DNA of 41,028 nt from a virus. Taxonomy: Duplodnaviria; Caudoviricetes. The stretch covers positions 1-41,028 of the IMG/VR virus record IMGVR_UViG_3300027581_000015, one strand, 5' to 3'. The position numbers were made by a program, and so were the translations under genes. Below are positions 1 to 7,690 of the stretch, one piece after another. The notes beneath the pieces are model-generated. The model saw only the letters and a program-made list of their open reading frames with translations. It was not told where the DNA came from and ran no database searches. Positions within the stretch are counted from its first letter, which is position 1; each line of letters opens with the position of its first letter.

Positions 1-46
1 GGGGGGTGGTGTTAAACATGGTGGGGGTCGGCTAGGGCGAGCGCAC

Positions 47-77
47 AAAAAAAGGGGCAAAGGTCGCCCCCTGCCCC
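47..77 (-). terminator. Rho-independent terminator for the leftward gene
   Basis: Minus strand GGGGCAGGGG-GCGA-CCTTTGCCCC followed by T7; GNRA loop; downstream of ORF 153..419. Confidence 0.8.
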
Positions 78-97
78 ACAGAAAAACACGCTCAGAC

Positions 98-126
98 TTG
101 ACAAAACCCCACGCTCATGCTACTGA
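98..126 (+). promoter_or_regulatory. Possible sigma70-type promoter, antisense to ORF 153..419
   Basis: TTGACA (98-103), 17 nt spacer ending TGC, then TACTGA (imperfect -10). Confidence 0.35.
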
Positions 127-152
127 GCGCAGGGCTTCGCCTGACTATCTAT

Positions 153-419
153 CTAGCGAGCCTTGCGTGTATGTGTAGCCACACGCCCACTATTGAATAC
201 GATTGCGAGAGCCTCATTACCCCCGCATGATTGAACATCAAACACGATACCAACATGCTTGCCCTTGCGAACAAGGTCGCCTGCGTGAGCCTCTGCGAGT
301 GAACTAAGTTCAAACTCAGGCACATGCTCCAGCGTGGGAATGTTGTAAGACTTCTTGACCAGCGCAATCTCTGCGGTTAGGTCGGCGAACAGGTCTGCGT
401 TCATGTAGATATTACTCAT
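153..419 (-). CDS. Hypothetical protein (88 aa)
   Basis: GAAAGGA RBS upstream, own promoter and terminator. Confidence 0.75.
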   Translation of the reverse strand: MSNIYMNADLFADLTAEIALVKKSYNIPTLEHVPEFELSSLAEAHAGDLVRKGKHVGIVFDVQSCGGNEALAIVFNSGRVATHTRKAR

Positions 420-468
420 CTTGCTGTTCCTTTCAGCGTCGTTGAGACCACCTCAACTGACACCGAGA

Positions 469-497
469 ATTATCTCATACCTCCAGCCCAATGTCAA
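469..497 (-). promoter_or_regulatory. Sigma70-type leftward promoter
   Basis: Minus strand TTGACA-17 nt-GATAAT with extended -10 TG. Confidence 0.75.
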
Positions 498-531
498 ATA
501 CCCAGCGTAAATGAACGGAGTGTCTACCTGC

Positions 532-597
532 TGTGTGTGTATGTGTATGTATGTGTGCGCCTGTGTGTATGTATGTATATGTGTGTATGTATGTGCG
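532..597. repeat. TG/TA alternating purine-pyrimidine microsatellite-like tract
   Basis: Two uninterrupted alternating runs, 532-560 and 562-597 (tgtgtgtatgtatg...). Confidence 0.9.
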
Positions 598-689
598 GGC
601 GCATGCGAGATTCACGCATGAGCAAGTAATAGTTCATATGCGTATGAGCAGGTGGCTGCTCGCATGTGCGAGCTCGTGTGATCGTGTGC

Positions 690-727
690 GTCTTTCATTG
701 ATAGCAAATCAAAGATTTGCTTAGATA
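690..727 (+). promoter_or_regulatory. Conserved hairpin element, copy 1
   Basis: GTCTTTCATTGAT-AGCAAATC-AAA-GATTTGCT-TAGATA; flanks identical to the copy at 4416. Confidence 0.75.
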
Positions 728-772
728 AGGGGGTCAAATCAAATCGGTTTGGCAGTTGACGAAAGGAACACC

Positions 773-1018
773 ATGAGAACAGTTGAAAGTAAGACACTAG
801 TCGGCGTCGTTAAGAACGGCGTTGTTCATGTCAGCCAAGCAGATAGCAAGCGCATCTTCGCAAAGGTGCGTATCACCACCAACACCGCCAAATCTTCAAA
901 GAAGATTGAGGCAATTCTATCAGCCTTCAAGGCATATCCAAACTTCACGCTTGTAGCCAGCGAGATTGCGAAGGTTGAGCCAAAGGCTTACCTAACCCTG
1001 AAAGGAAGTGTCGCCTAA
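773..1018 (+). CDS. Hypothetical early protein
   Basis: ATG at 773 preceded by GAAAGGA; ORF track 749..1018. Confidence 0.75.
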   Translation: MRTVESKTLVGVVKNGVVHVSQADSKRIFAKVRITTNTAKSSKKIEAILSAFKAYPNFTLVASEIAKVEPKAYLTLKGSVA

Positions 1019-1233
1019 TGACTACCATCACACACCCATACACGCTTCAACTACAAACTGTAGTTGACGAAAGCAACTCAACAGTAAAGAAACTCCTTGC
1101 CCTACCTGAAGGAGACAGAGTCTCCTTCTTAACTCAAATGGCGCAAGACCTCATTCTACCAGAGGTAGAAAAAGCAATAGCCAAACTGAATGAAAACTCA
1201 GGTGGCTGGGCAAAGTTAGAGGTGGTCGCATGA
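1018..1233 (+). CDS. Hypothetical early protein (71 aa)
   Basis: TAATG coupling, GAAAGGA RBS. Confidence 0.75.
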   Translation: MTTITHPYTLQLQTVVDESNSTVKKLLALPEGDRVSFLTQMAQDLILPEVEKAIAKLNENSGGWAKLEVVA

Positions 1234-1358
1234 CCACATTACCTCTGCTTTATACCGACCTTATTGCTTTAGCAATAGCCCTCTTCTTGAGTGGCTTCAC
1301 TATCGGAATGCTTGTCGCAAGGCGGGCAGTTCGGGAGTGGCTCGCTCGTCAAAGATAG
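1230..1358 (+). CDS. Small single-pass membrane protein (42 aa, not in ORF track)
   Basis: ATGA overlap, GAGG RBS; MTTLPLLYTDLIALAIALFLSGFTIGMLVARRAVREWLARQR. Confidence 0.65.
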   Translation: MTTLPLLYTDLIALAIALFLSGFTIGMLVARRAVREWLARQR

Positions 1359-1380
1359 CAGACTTTAGTCTGCTTATTAG
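1354..1380 (+). promoter_or_regulatory. Hairpin element, divergent copy
   Basis: GAT-AGCAGAC-TTTA-GTCTGCT-TATTAGGG at a gene boundary. Confidence 0.55.
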
Positions 1381-1410
1381 GGGGGGTAGCAAATCGCTAT
1401 CCCCTCTTTT
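1379..1410 (+). terminator. Terminator-like hairpin
   Basis: GGGGGTAGC-AAATC-GCTATCCCC followed by TCTTTT. Confidence 0.45.
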
Positions 1411-1432
1411 GTCGCTTCTGAAAGGAGCAAAC

Positions 1433-1672
1433 ATGGCAACGCAAAAAATCACCACATATCTATCCGTTGATTGTCGCTTATGTGGCACATTCTCATACAT
1501 AGAGTGCGAGCAATGGCAAGCAGATGAATTGGACAAGCCTCGCTCTGAGCGCATGTTCATGCAAGATATCTTCCCTGATTTACCTATCGGAGATAGGGAA
1601 TTACTTATCTCTGGCACATGTAATACCTGCTGGCAAAAGATGTTCGGCAGTAATGAAGACGAGGAGGAATAA
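1433..1672 (+). CDS. Small Zn-ribbon protein
   Basis: GAAAGGAG RBS before ATG 1433; CRLC...CNTC motifs. Confidence 0.7.
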   Translation: MATQKITTYLSVDCRLCGTFSYIECEQWQADELDKPRSERMFMQDIFPDLPIGDRELLISGTCNTCWQKMFGSNEDEEE

Positions 1673-1674
1673 AT

Positions 1675-2040
1675 ATGGGAGCAAGAATAAACTTCATCTT
1701 TATTCAAGATGAAACAGCAGTCGGAGAACCAGCATCACCAAAGGTGGTGCTCTACTCACATTGGGGCGCAGATACATGGGAAGTTGACTTGGCTTGCGCT
1801 TTGTCTGTGGCAGAGCCACGCTGGGATGATGCTTCTTATGCCACTCGTATCGTCATCTCCAATTTAATTGGAGAACAATGGAAGTCAGAGACTGGCTTCG
1901 GTATCTACGCAACCACAGAGATGACAGACTCGTGGGATCCATGCGTAGAGATTGACTTCGTCAAGAAAACTGTTGACGGAGTTGCCTTTGATACATTCGT
2001 AAAGTATGGACTAGCGAAAGGGGAATACCAAGATGCCTAA
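1675..2040 (+). CDS. Hypothetical phage protein (121 aa)
   Basis: GGAGG RBS; contiguous operon; LYSHWG motif. Confidence 0.75.
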   Translation: MGARINFIFIQDETAVGEPASPKVVLYSHWGADTWEVDLACALSVAEPRWDDASYATRIVISNLIGEQWKSETGFGIYATTEMTDSWDPCVEIDFVKKTVDGVAFDTFVKYGLAKGEYQDA

Positions 2041-2656
2041 CTGGTGCTACAACACACTACTAATTGAGGCAGAGCCTCAAGTAATAGCCAAGATTAAGGC
2101 GCAGTTATCTGCTCCTTATGAGGACAAGTATCAAGACCTTAAGTCTGATACATGGACAACACAAACAGTTCAAAAAGATTTATCTTTTTGGAACATCATT
2201 CGCCCCGACAACATGGACGAATACCACACAGCCAAAGGCTGGTCAGAAGGCAAGGCATACGGAGACACCCCACTCAATTGGTATAACTGGAACATTGCCA
2301 ATTGGGGTGTCAAGTGGGACGCCAGCGATTCCGAGCTCGTGGAGGAGAGCGAGACATCACTTCAGTATAGGTTCAACACCCCTTGGGGTGTTGCTGAAGA
2401 GGCATTCATTACCCTGTCAACACAATACCCTGATGTCCAGTTTGACCTTGAGTTTGAGGAGGAGACAGGTTGGGGTGGTGAAGTGGAGTTCATTAACGGA
2501 GTTAGCAAGGTAGTCAATGAGTTCGCTCAGAAGTGCTACTCATGTGATACCCAATGGCAACACGGCGAAGAATACTGGGATGAATACGACGACGATACTG
2601 GACAACACAAGTGCGTAGCAAATGGCTACGCCATTAACGAGGAGGTAAAGGCATGA
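2033..2656 (+). CDS. YubB/DUF1281-like ferredoxin-fold protein
   Basis: Signature MPNWCxNxL start, WYNWNxxNWGxKWD and FxTPW motifs. Confidence 0.8.
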   Translation: MPNWCYNTLLIEAEPQVIAKIKAQLSAPYEDKYQDLKSDTWTTQTVQKDLSFWNIIRPDNMDEYHTAKGWSEGKAYGDTPLNWYNWNIANWGVKWDASDSELVEESETSLQYRFNTPWGVAEEAFITLSTQYPDVQFDLEFEEETGWGGEVEFINGVSKVVNEFAQKCYSCDTQWQHGEEYWDEYDDDTGQHKCVANGYAINEEVKA

Positions 2657-2829
2657 TGGGATACAAGTATGAGGACATACAGAAGTTCGGCTCTGCCCTG
2701 AATGGGGCAGAGTTCTATCTCCCGCCTAATGACACGGAGATACGAGAAGGTCTCATAAAGATATGGGATTTCTTTGAAGGACTACTAGCCGAAGGCTATG
2801 TAGAAGGAGAGGAGATAAGCAATGTATAA
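2653..2829 (+). CDS. Hypothetical protein (58 aa, not in ORF track)
   Basis: GGAGG RBS, ATGA overlap; MMGYKYEDIQKFG...EISNV fills the operon gap. Confidence 0.65.
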   Translation: MMGYKYEDIQKFGSALNGAEFYLPPNDTEIREGLIKIWDFFEGLLAEGYVEGEEISNV

Positions 2830-3046
2830 ATCACGACTAACAAAGCCAAAGGTGGGTGAGGTTAAGCAATGGATCCCACACGAGAACGGCAATGAGTATG
2901 TCCAAGTATTCACTGCTGATATCGACGACTTCTTCTTCAAGGTAGGTGGTTCTAATGTTAGAACCAAATACTTTTACGGAGAGAATGCATGGGCTGATAG
3001 CCGACGATACGCAGATGATTTAGCGTGGGCTATCCGCAATAAATAG
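2822..3046 (+). CDS. Hypothetical protein (74 aa)
   Basis: GAGGAG RBS; contiguous operon. Confidence 0.7.
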   Translation: MYKSRLTKPKVGEVKQWIPHENGNEYVQVFTADIDDFFFKVGGSNVRTKYFYGENAWADSRRYADDLAWAIRNK

Positions 3047-3075
3047 CACATCAAAGATGTGCTTTAAATATAGGG
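3043..3075 (+). promoter_or_regulatory. Conserved hairpin element
   Basis: AT-AGCACATC-AAA-GATGTGCT-TTAAATATAGGG in an intergenic gap. Confidence 0.7.
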
Positions 3076-3103
3076 CAACAATTAACCAACAGAAAGGAGC
3101 AAG

Positions 3104-3826
3104 ATGCTGTCGTTACTTAGAAGTCATGACCGCAAAGTCACCAACCTAGTCTCGCCAAGTGGCAAGGCTTCAGCAATTCGCAACACCTTCGGCTTGCCAG
3201 CAGGCAAAGCCTTCTCATGTCCTGATGCCACAAGTATCTGCGAGAAGGTGTGTTATGCAGGCAAGCTCGAGCGTGTATATAAGGGAGTGAGAGAAGTTCT
3301 CGTTCACAACTGGCAATTATTAAAGGACGCTGATGTCAACCAAATGGTTGACCTACTTGATGACATGATGATTGATTTCATCAAGGATTGTGAGAGACGG
3401 AATGCCCCGAAGTTATTCCGCATCCATTGGGACGGCGACTTCTTCAACACAACTTACGAGTATGCATGGCAGAAAGTAATCATGATGCACCCAGAGATAC
3501 AGTTCTGGTGCTACACACGAGTGCGATCCGCAGCCTACTCACTATCAGGGCTTGACAATCTGTCGCTGTATTACAGCGCAGACCAAGAGAACAAACACAT
3601 TGCCGAACAAGTTCGGCGAGAGACAGACACCAAACTAGCGTGGCTGTCAGACACATTCGCAAATGCGGAGGATGAAATGCTTCGCATAACTGGCTCAGTT
3701 GGTGCTAAATGTCCAGCATTGACTAAGCAAATCCCACTCATATCCAAGAGCGGGTCAGCCTGTGTTAGTTGCGGGCTATGTGTATTCGGCAAAGCCGATA
3801 TCCGATTCAGTTCAACAAAGAAATGA
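3104..3826 (+). CDS. GP88 family protein (Cys-rich, possibly Fe-S/radical-SAM-like)
   Basis: FGLPAG..SCP...CxxxCYA, FRIHWDGDFF, FWCYTR and C-terminal CxxCxxC motifs, as in mycobacteriophage gene product 88. Confidence 0.75.
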   Translation: MLSLLRSHDRKVTNLVSPSGKASAIRNTFGLPAGKAFSCPDATSICEKVCYAGKLERVYKGVREVLVHNWQLLKDADVNQMVDLLDDMMIDFIKDCERRNAPKLFRIHWDGDFFNTTYEYAWQKVIMMHPEIQFWCYTRVRSAAYSLSGLDNLSLYYSADQENKHIAEQVRRETDTKLAWLSDTFANAEDEMLRITGSVGAKCPALTKQIPLISKSGSACVSCGLCVFGKADIRFSSTKK

Positions 3827-3834
3827 GGTAACAA

Positions 3835-4140
3835 ATGAACGCATCATTCCGTATCGAACAAGTAAGTTTCTTACTTGATCAGTATCGAGAAGCAACGCAC
3901 CGCCTAGGCATGCAAGACCTTGCCATATGGCAATCGCTTGAAGATATATACAAGCGACCAGAACTTCACGACTTAACCCTACTGTCCACTCGTGAAGAAG
4001 CCTTCGACAAAATTGTCAAGGACAATTGGTTCGTAGATATGGGTCAGCATTACTACGGATTGGACTATGAAACTATCGACGAACTTACCCTTGAGTATCT
4101 CAAGGATAACCAACTGGTAAAGGAGATAAACAATGACTGA
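3835..4140 (+). CDS. Hypothetical protein (101 aa)
   Basis: GAGG RBS, operon context. Confidence 0.7.
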   Translation: MNASFRIEQVSFLLDQYREATHRLGMQDLAIWQSLEDIYKRPELHDLTLLSTREEAFDKIVKDNWFVDMGQHYYGLDYETIDELTLEYLKDNQLVKEINND

Positions 4141-4450
4141 CATAACACAATACAACTGGATAACAGTTGCTAACCAAGAGTGGGGCATCCACTTATGGGG
4201 TGAGTTAGAAGAATACGATGATGGCACAGCCCAAGTCGTAGACATAGATGCACGAATACTCACACCTAAAGGTGAGGAGTTAACATACGACGCACAAAAC
4301 TGGATAGATTTTCCAGAGGAAGTATGTAGTCTGGCTGATGCATTACTTAATGACCACAAGACAAGCGATAACATGCTCGAGACATGGGGTCACCCTAGTT
4401 ATGTAGGGCGCACCAGTCTTTCATTGATAACAGATCAAAGATCTGTTTAG
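4133..4450 (+). CDS. Hypothetical protein (105 aa)
   Basis: AAGGAG RBS; its 3' end runs through the hairpin element. Confidence 0.7.
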   Translation: MTDITQYNWITVANQEWGIHLWGELEEYDDGTAQVVDIDARILTPKGEELTYDAQNWIDFPEEVCSLADALLNDHKTSDNMLETWGHPSYVGRTSLSLITDQRSV

Positions 4451-4453
4451 ATA
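4416..4453 (+). promoter_or_regulatory. Conserved hairpin element, copy 2
   Basis: GTCTTTCATTGAT-AACAGATC-AAA-GATCTGTT-TAGATA. Confidence 0.75.
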
Positions 4454-4485
4454 GTGGCAGCAACACCAACCGAAAGGAGAAACAA

Positions 4486-4653
4486 ATGAATGAAGATATG
4501 ACACCAGCAGAACTGTTTGCATTGGCTGACCAAGCCGAAGCAATGGGTCGTGGGTTGATGCAAAAAGCATTTGACCTACGAGCACAAGCAAGGAACAAGC
4601 AAACATGGGGTGCAACTGTGCGCCCAATGCCAACGGAAGGAGCAAACAAATGA
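4486..4653 (+). CDS. Hypothetical protein (55 aa, not in ORF track)
   Basis: GAAAGGAG RBS; MNEDMTPAELFALADQ...EGANK. Confidence 0.7.
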   Translation: MNEDMTPAELFALADQAEAMGRGLMQKAFDLRAQARNKQTWGATVRPMPTEGANK

Positions 4654-4871
4654 AGGTAAAAGTATGTGATCCAAGTGGTGAGGTAATTGCTGAGGTGTAC
4701 GACTACGCAGCAGGTGCCTTACTCATGAGCTTGTACGGTGATGGCTCGACCATCAGGCATAAGAATGTAATTCTGTGGTTGGAAGGCGCAGATGGAGAAG
4801 GTGCAAACAGTTATGACACAACAGCCATGACTATAGATGAACGACTACGAAAGGTAGGTGCAAGAGTATGA
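4650..4871 (+). CDS. Hypothetical protein
   Basis: AAGGAG RBS before ATG 4650; ATGA overlap. Confidence 0.7.
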   Translation: MKVKVCDPSGEVIAEVYDYAAGALLMSLYGDGSTIRHKNVILWLEGADGEGANSYDTTAMTIDERLRKVGARV

Positions 4872-5302
4872 CCATGATAGACAGAACACCAGCCAATGAA
4901 TCGCAATCAGAGATTGCTTCATTGAATACCAAGATAGGCACACTCACCGAGACGTTGTATACACAACGCACTAAAGTGCGTGACCTAGTCACACGTATTA
5001 ACGACTACATTGCCGCTAATAATTGTGAACTTACTGATGATATCCCACTCGAGTATATAAATGAGGTAATCACAGACACATTCGGAACACCTCTCACCTT
5101 CGAACATACGTACGAAGTGAAGGTAAGCCTGTATGTGGATGCCACATTCACGATCAAGGCTGAGAGTGAGGATGATGCAAAGGAAGAAGTAAAGAACCTA
5201 TGGTTCACCGATGATGCACCATTCTCATTACAGAATGATGATGTAGAACAGAGTGATGTGTTCATTGATCGAGTAAGCGTACAAAGTGTGACCAGAATAT
5301 GA
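4868..5302 (+). CDS. Hypothetical protein (144 aa)
   Basis: ATGA overlap, operon context. Confidence 0.7.
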   Translation: MTMIDRTPANESQSEIASLNTKIGTLTETLYTQRTKVRDLVTRINDYIAANNCELTDDIPLEYINEVITDTFGTPLTFEHTYEVKVSLYVDATFTIKAESEDDAKEEVKNLWFTDDAPFSLQNDDVEQSDVFIDRVSVQSVTRI

Positions 5303-5559
5303 GGTCATCCGTAACAAGAGGTGGTATCTGCCCCAATGGGGCAGTTATCATCGACCATAAGCCAGCACTAAACGATGATGCTCATGTTGTCCTGTGCCTT
5401 TGGGTACTGAATAAGCAGGAGCAAGTCCCGACCATACGCAAAGCTGACCCATATGTAACATGGAAAGCGTATGTAAATAGCGAAGGTATTTCGACCCTTC
5501 AAGGTCACTACTTCGACACACTCTCAGATGCAGTTGTTGATTTCAACAACCGAGTATGA
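5299..5559 (+). CDS. Hypothetical protein (86 aa)
   Basis: ATGA overlap. Confidence 0.65.
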   Translation: MRSSVTRGGICPNGAVIIDHKPALNDDAHVVLCLWVLNKQEQVPTIRKADPYVTWKAYVNSEGISTLQGHYFDTLSDAVVDFNNRV

Positions 5560-5565
5560 GATACT
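5537..5565 (+). promoter_or_regulatory. Sigma70-type promoter for the DUF932 gene
   Basis: TTGATT-17 nt-GATACT with extended TG; shares GTATGAGATA with the promoter at 469-497. Confidence 0.55.
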
Positions 5566-5596
5566 AATCCCACAACCAAACGAACAGGAGAAACAA

Positions 5597-6580
5597 ATGA
5601 GTACAGTAATATCCAACCCTCGTCGCCGTAGTGCATACCGCATTATTGGCGAGGCAGTAACCGCTACATCTGCAAAGGATGCAGCACAACAGGCTGGTCT
5701 CGACTGGCATGTACAACTGGCTGACGTACAAGCGTTAGCCGTAACGAATGATGGTGTCAACACCCTCGAAGTGCCATCAACATTCGCAACAGTCCGTACC
5801 AATAAGGATGCAACACAGTCAGTACTAGGTACTGTCGGTGGTAGATACAAGGTGTTCCAGAATGAGGAGATGTTCTCAGGTCTAGATGCACTGGTTGATT
5901 CAGGCGATGCAAGATATGCATATGCTGGTGAGGTAAGGGGTGGAGCGCAGGTATACATGGTGCTCGAGCTACCTAACGAAGTTAAGATAGCCAACGACCC
6001 TCACTCCTGCTACCTTGTAGCAAGGACATCACACGATGGTTCAACTGCACTACAAATATCACCATCAATTCAACGCTTGCGTTGTACCAATCAGATAGCA
6101 GGTATCTTTGCTAAGGCTGGAACATACACACTCAAGCACACAACCAATGCTAAGTTCCGCATTGAGGATATCAAACGCATCATCCCTGTTACCTATGAGG
6201 GTATTAAGTTCTACGAACTTATCGGTAACAAACTTATCAACGAGAAGTTAACAGATGCAGAGGTAGACAATATCTTTAGTAAGATGTGGTCGATCCCAAG
6301 CATCATTGAGAACTCACCTTATGCATTGTTAAGTGCAGGGCAGAAGCGTCAGTTCAACTCAGCAACGGTAGCAAGGTCTACTGCTAAAGCAATCTATCGT
6401 GGTGATACTGGTACACAAGAGGAACTATACGGAACTAGGTTCGGTGTGTTCCAATCTATCGTGGAGTATGCAGATCACTACAGTCACAAGGCTGAGTCAG
6501 TACGAGCAGAGCGTATCGTTACTGGTTCTGCTGACCGCATCAAGAGCAAAGCTCTTGAACTACTGACGAAAGGAATCTAA
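5597..6580 (+). CDS. DUF932/DUF945 phage/plasmid-like protein (TIGR03299-like)
   Basis: AGLDWxV, LGTVGxRYxxxQN, SHDGS, RLRCTN, GTxxGxxQSIVEY motifs; CAGGAG RBS. Confidence 0.85.
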   Translation: MSTVISNPRRRSAYRIIGEAVTATSAKDAAQQAGLDWHVQLADVQALAVTNDGVNTLEVPSTFATVRTNKDATQSVLGTVGGRYKVFQNEEMFSGLDALVDSGDARYAYAGEVRGGAQVYMVLELPNEVKIANDPHSCYLVARTSHDGSTALQISPSIQRLRCTNQIAGIFAKAGTYTLKHTTNAKFRIEDIKRIIPVTYEGIKFYELIGNKLINEKLTDAEVDNIFSKMWSIPSIIENSPYALLSAGQKRQFNSATVARSTAKAIYRGDTGTQEELYGTRFGVFQSIVEYADHYSHKAESVRAERIVTGSADRIKSKALELLTKGI

Positions 6581-6813
6581 TGGATAATCCATTACAAAAG
6601 TATGCAGAGGAGTTGGATAATCCAACTCCTTTCGTACCACCAAAGATATCTATTCGCATGGCTAACTACATAATCAAGGCTCTTGATTACCTGCATATTT
6701 ATGCAGGAGAAAAAGATGAGCCCGAACTTATAGAGTCAGACATACACAAGGAGGCAGAGGAAGCAATGGTTGACATTGTTGTTATGTCTCCAGAGGAGAA
6801 TACAAATGGGTAA
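6580..6813 (+). CDS. Hypothetical protein (77 aa)
   Basis: GAAAGGA RBS, TAATG coupling. Confidence 0.7.
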   Translation: MDNPLQKYAEELDNPTPFVPPKISIRMANYIIKALDYLHIYAGEKDEPELIESDIHKEAEEAMVDIVVMSPEENTNG

Positions 6814-7033
6814 GTTAATAAGTAAAGATATCCTGCAGACTAGACCACCTAGTTTGCAGGTTAAACAGTTGGCTGGGTGGTCGTGGTACTGTCCGTATCA
6901 CGACACCATGGGTAGTGGTGACACCGAACAAGAAGTCTTGTTCATCGCTGGTGCTCACCTCTACTACTTCTCCGAAGCCACACCTGATGAGTGTGACATC
7001 ATCGTTAATGAACACAAGGTAGTGGAGGAGTAA
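6806..7033 (+). CDS. Hypothetical protein, possible metal-binding (CPYH...H...C)
   Basis: GAGGAG RBS before ATG 6806. Confidence 0.65.
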   Translation: MGKLISKDILQTRPPSLQVKQLAGWSWYCPYHDTMGSGDTEQEVLFIAGAHLYYFSEATPDECDIIVNEHKVVEE

Positions 7034-7035
7034 TC

Positions 7036-7170
7036 ATGATACATGAAGTATGGAATGCAATCTTCTGTCCATACTGCAATGCAGTAATAGAAGCGAAGAC
7101 AGAAGACAAAGCACAAGAAGAACTACTGCAACATCAACAGGTTGTGCAATGCATAAAGGTTTACTCTTGA
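7036..7170 (+). CDS. Small Zn-finger-like protein (44 aa, not in ORF track)
   Basis: GGAGGAG RBS; MIHEVWNAIFCPYCNAVIEAKTEDKAQEELLQHQQVVQCIKVYS. Confidence 0.65.
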   Translation: MIHEVWNAIFCPYCNAVIEAKTEDKAQEELLQHQQVVQCIKVYS

Positions 7171-7484
7171 GTAAGCCACGCCCAACTGAAATAAAACTAG
7201 TAGCGAAGCTACTAGATCCAGACGCAGATAACTCCGAAGATGCTACGGCACTAGCGATTGAAATCATTGAGGCTCTAGATAAATCTAGGACCAAGAGAGA
7301 ATCGTTTATTGTCGTAGCAAAGTTGGCAGACTGGGTTCCAGTACAAGCATGGGGTGAGTTCAACACCCGCTTACAAGCGGAGAAGTTCTTCCCTAATCTT
7401 TCATCACCTGACACAGGTGGTAAGGGAGCAATAGTTCGTCTGGAAAATCCAGACGACCTACTCAAAAGAATAGGAGCACAATAA
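7167..7484 (+). CDS. Hypothetical protein
   Basis: 3' part of ORF 7050..7484; likely TTG start overlapping the previous stop (TTGA). Confidence 0.65.
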   Translation: MSKPRPTEIKLVAKLLDPDADNSEDATALAIEIIEALDKSRTKRESFIVVAKLADWVPVQAWGEFNTRLQAEKFFPNLSSPDTGGKGAIVRLENPDDLLKRIGAQ

Positions 7485-7651
7485 TGTTTTACAATGGATT
7501 CACATTACTGATGCAAATCCTTGCAGGTTTAACTGCATACTGGGTTGGTAACCATTATGGTTACGAACGAGGTAAGACGGAGATGTATCAGACCTTAAAG
7601 AATCTAGATGCAAAGAGTAGAGAGTTCTTCTCTACTGTATCCAAGAAATAA
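7484..7651 (+). CDS. Small membrane protein (55 aa, not in ORF track)
   Basis: AGGAG RBS, TAATG coupling; hydrophobic N-terminus then GYERG. Confidence 0.65.
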   Translation: MFYNGFTLLMQILAGLTAYWVGNHYGYERGKTEMYQTLKNLDAKSREFFSTVSKK

Positions 7652-7654
7652 ACT

Positions 7655-7690
7655 AAAGGCGGGGGCGTTATGCCTCCGCCTTTTTTTCTT
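7655..7690. terminator. Terminator at the convergence of the two arms (probably bidirectional)
   Basis: AAAGGCGGGGGC-GTTAT-GCCTCCGCCTTTTTTT. Confidence 0.8.

Noticed and set aside
533-724. 63-aa ORF MCVCVCMCAPV...
   Set aside because: Translation of the TG/TA tract; no RBS; low complexity.
690-4453. Hairpin repeats as a CRISPR array, given the Cas4-like gene
   Set aside because: Copies are hundreds to thousands of bases apart with genes between them; no regular spacers and no cas1/cas2.
612-4649. Shared peptide LSKQIFDLLSMKD in minus-strand ORFs 612..797 and 4395..4649
   Set aside because: By-product of the repeated hairpin element; both ORFs are antisense to real genes and lack an RBS.
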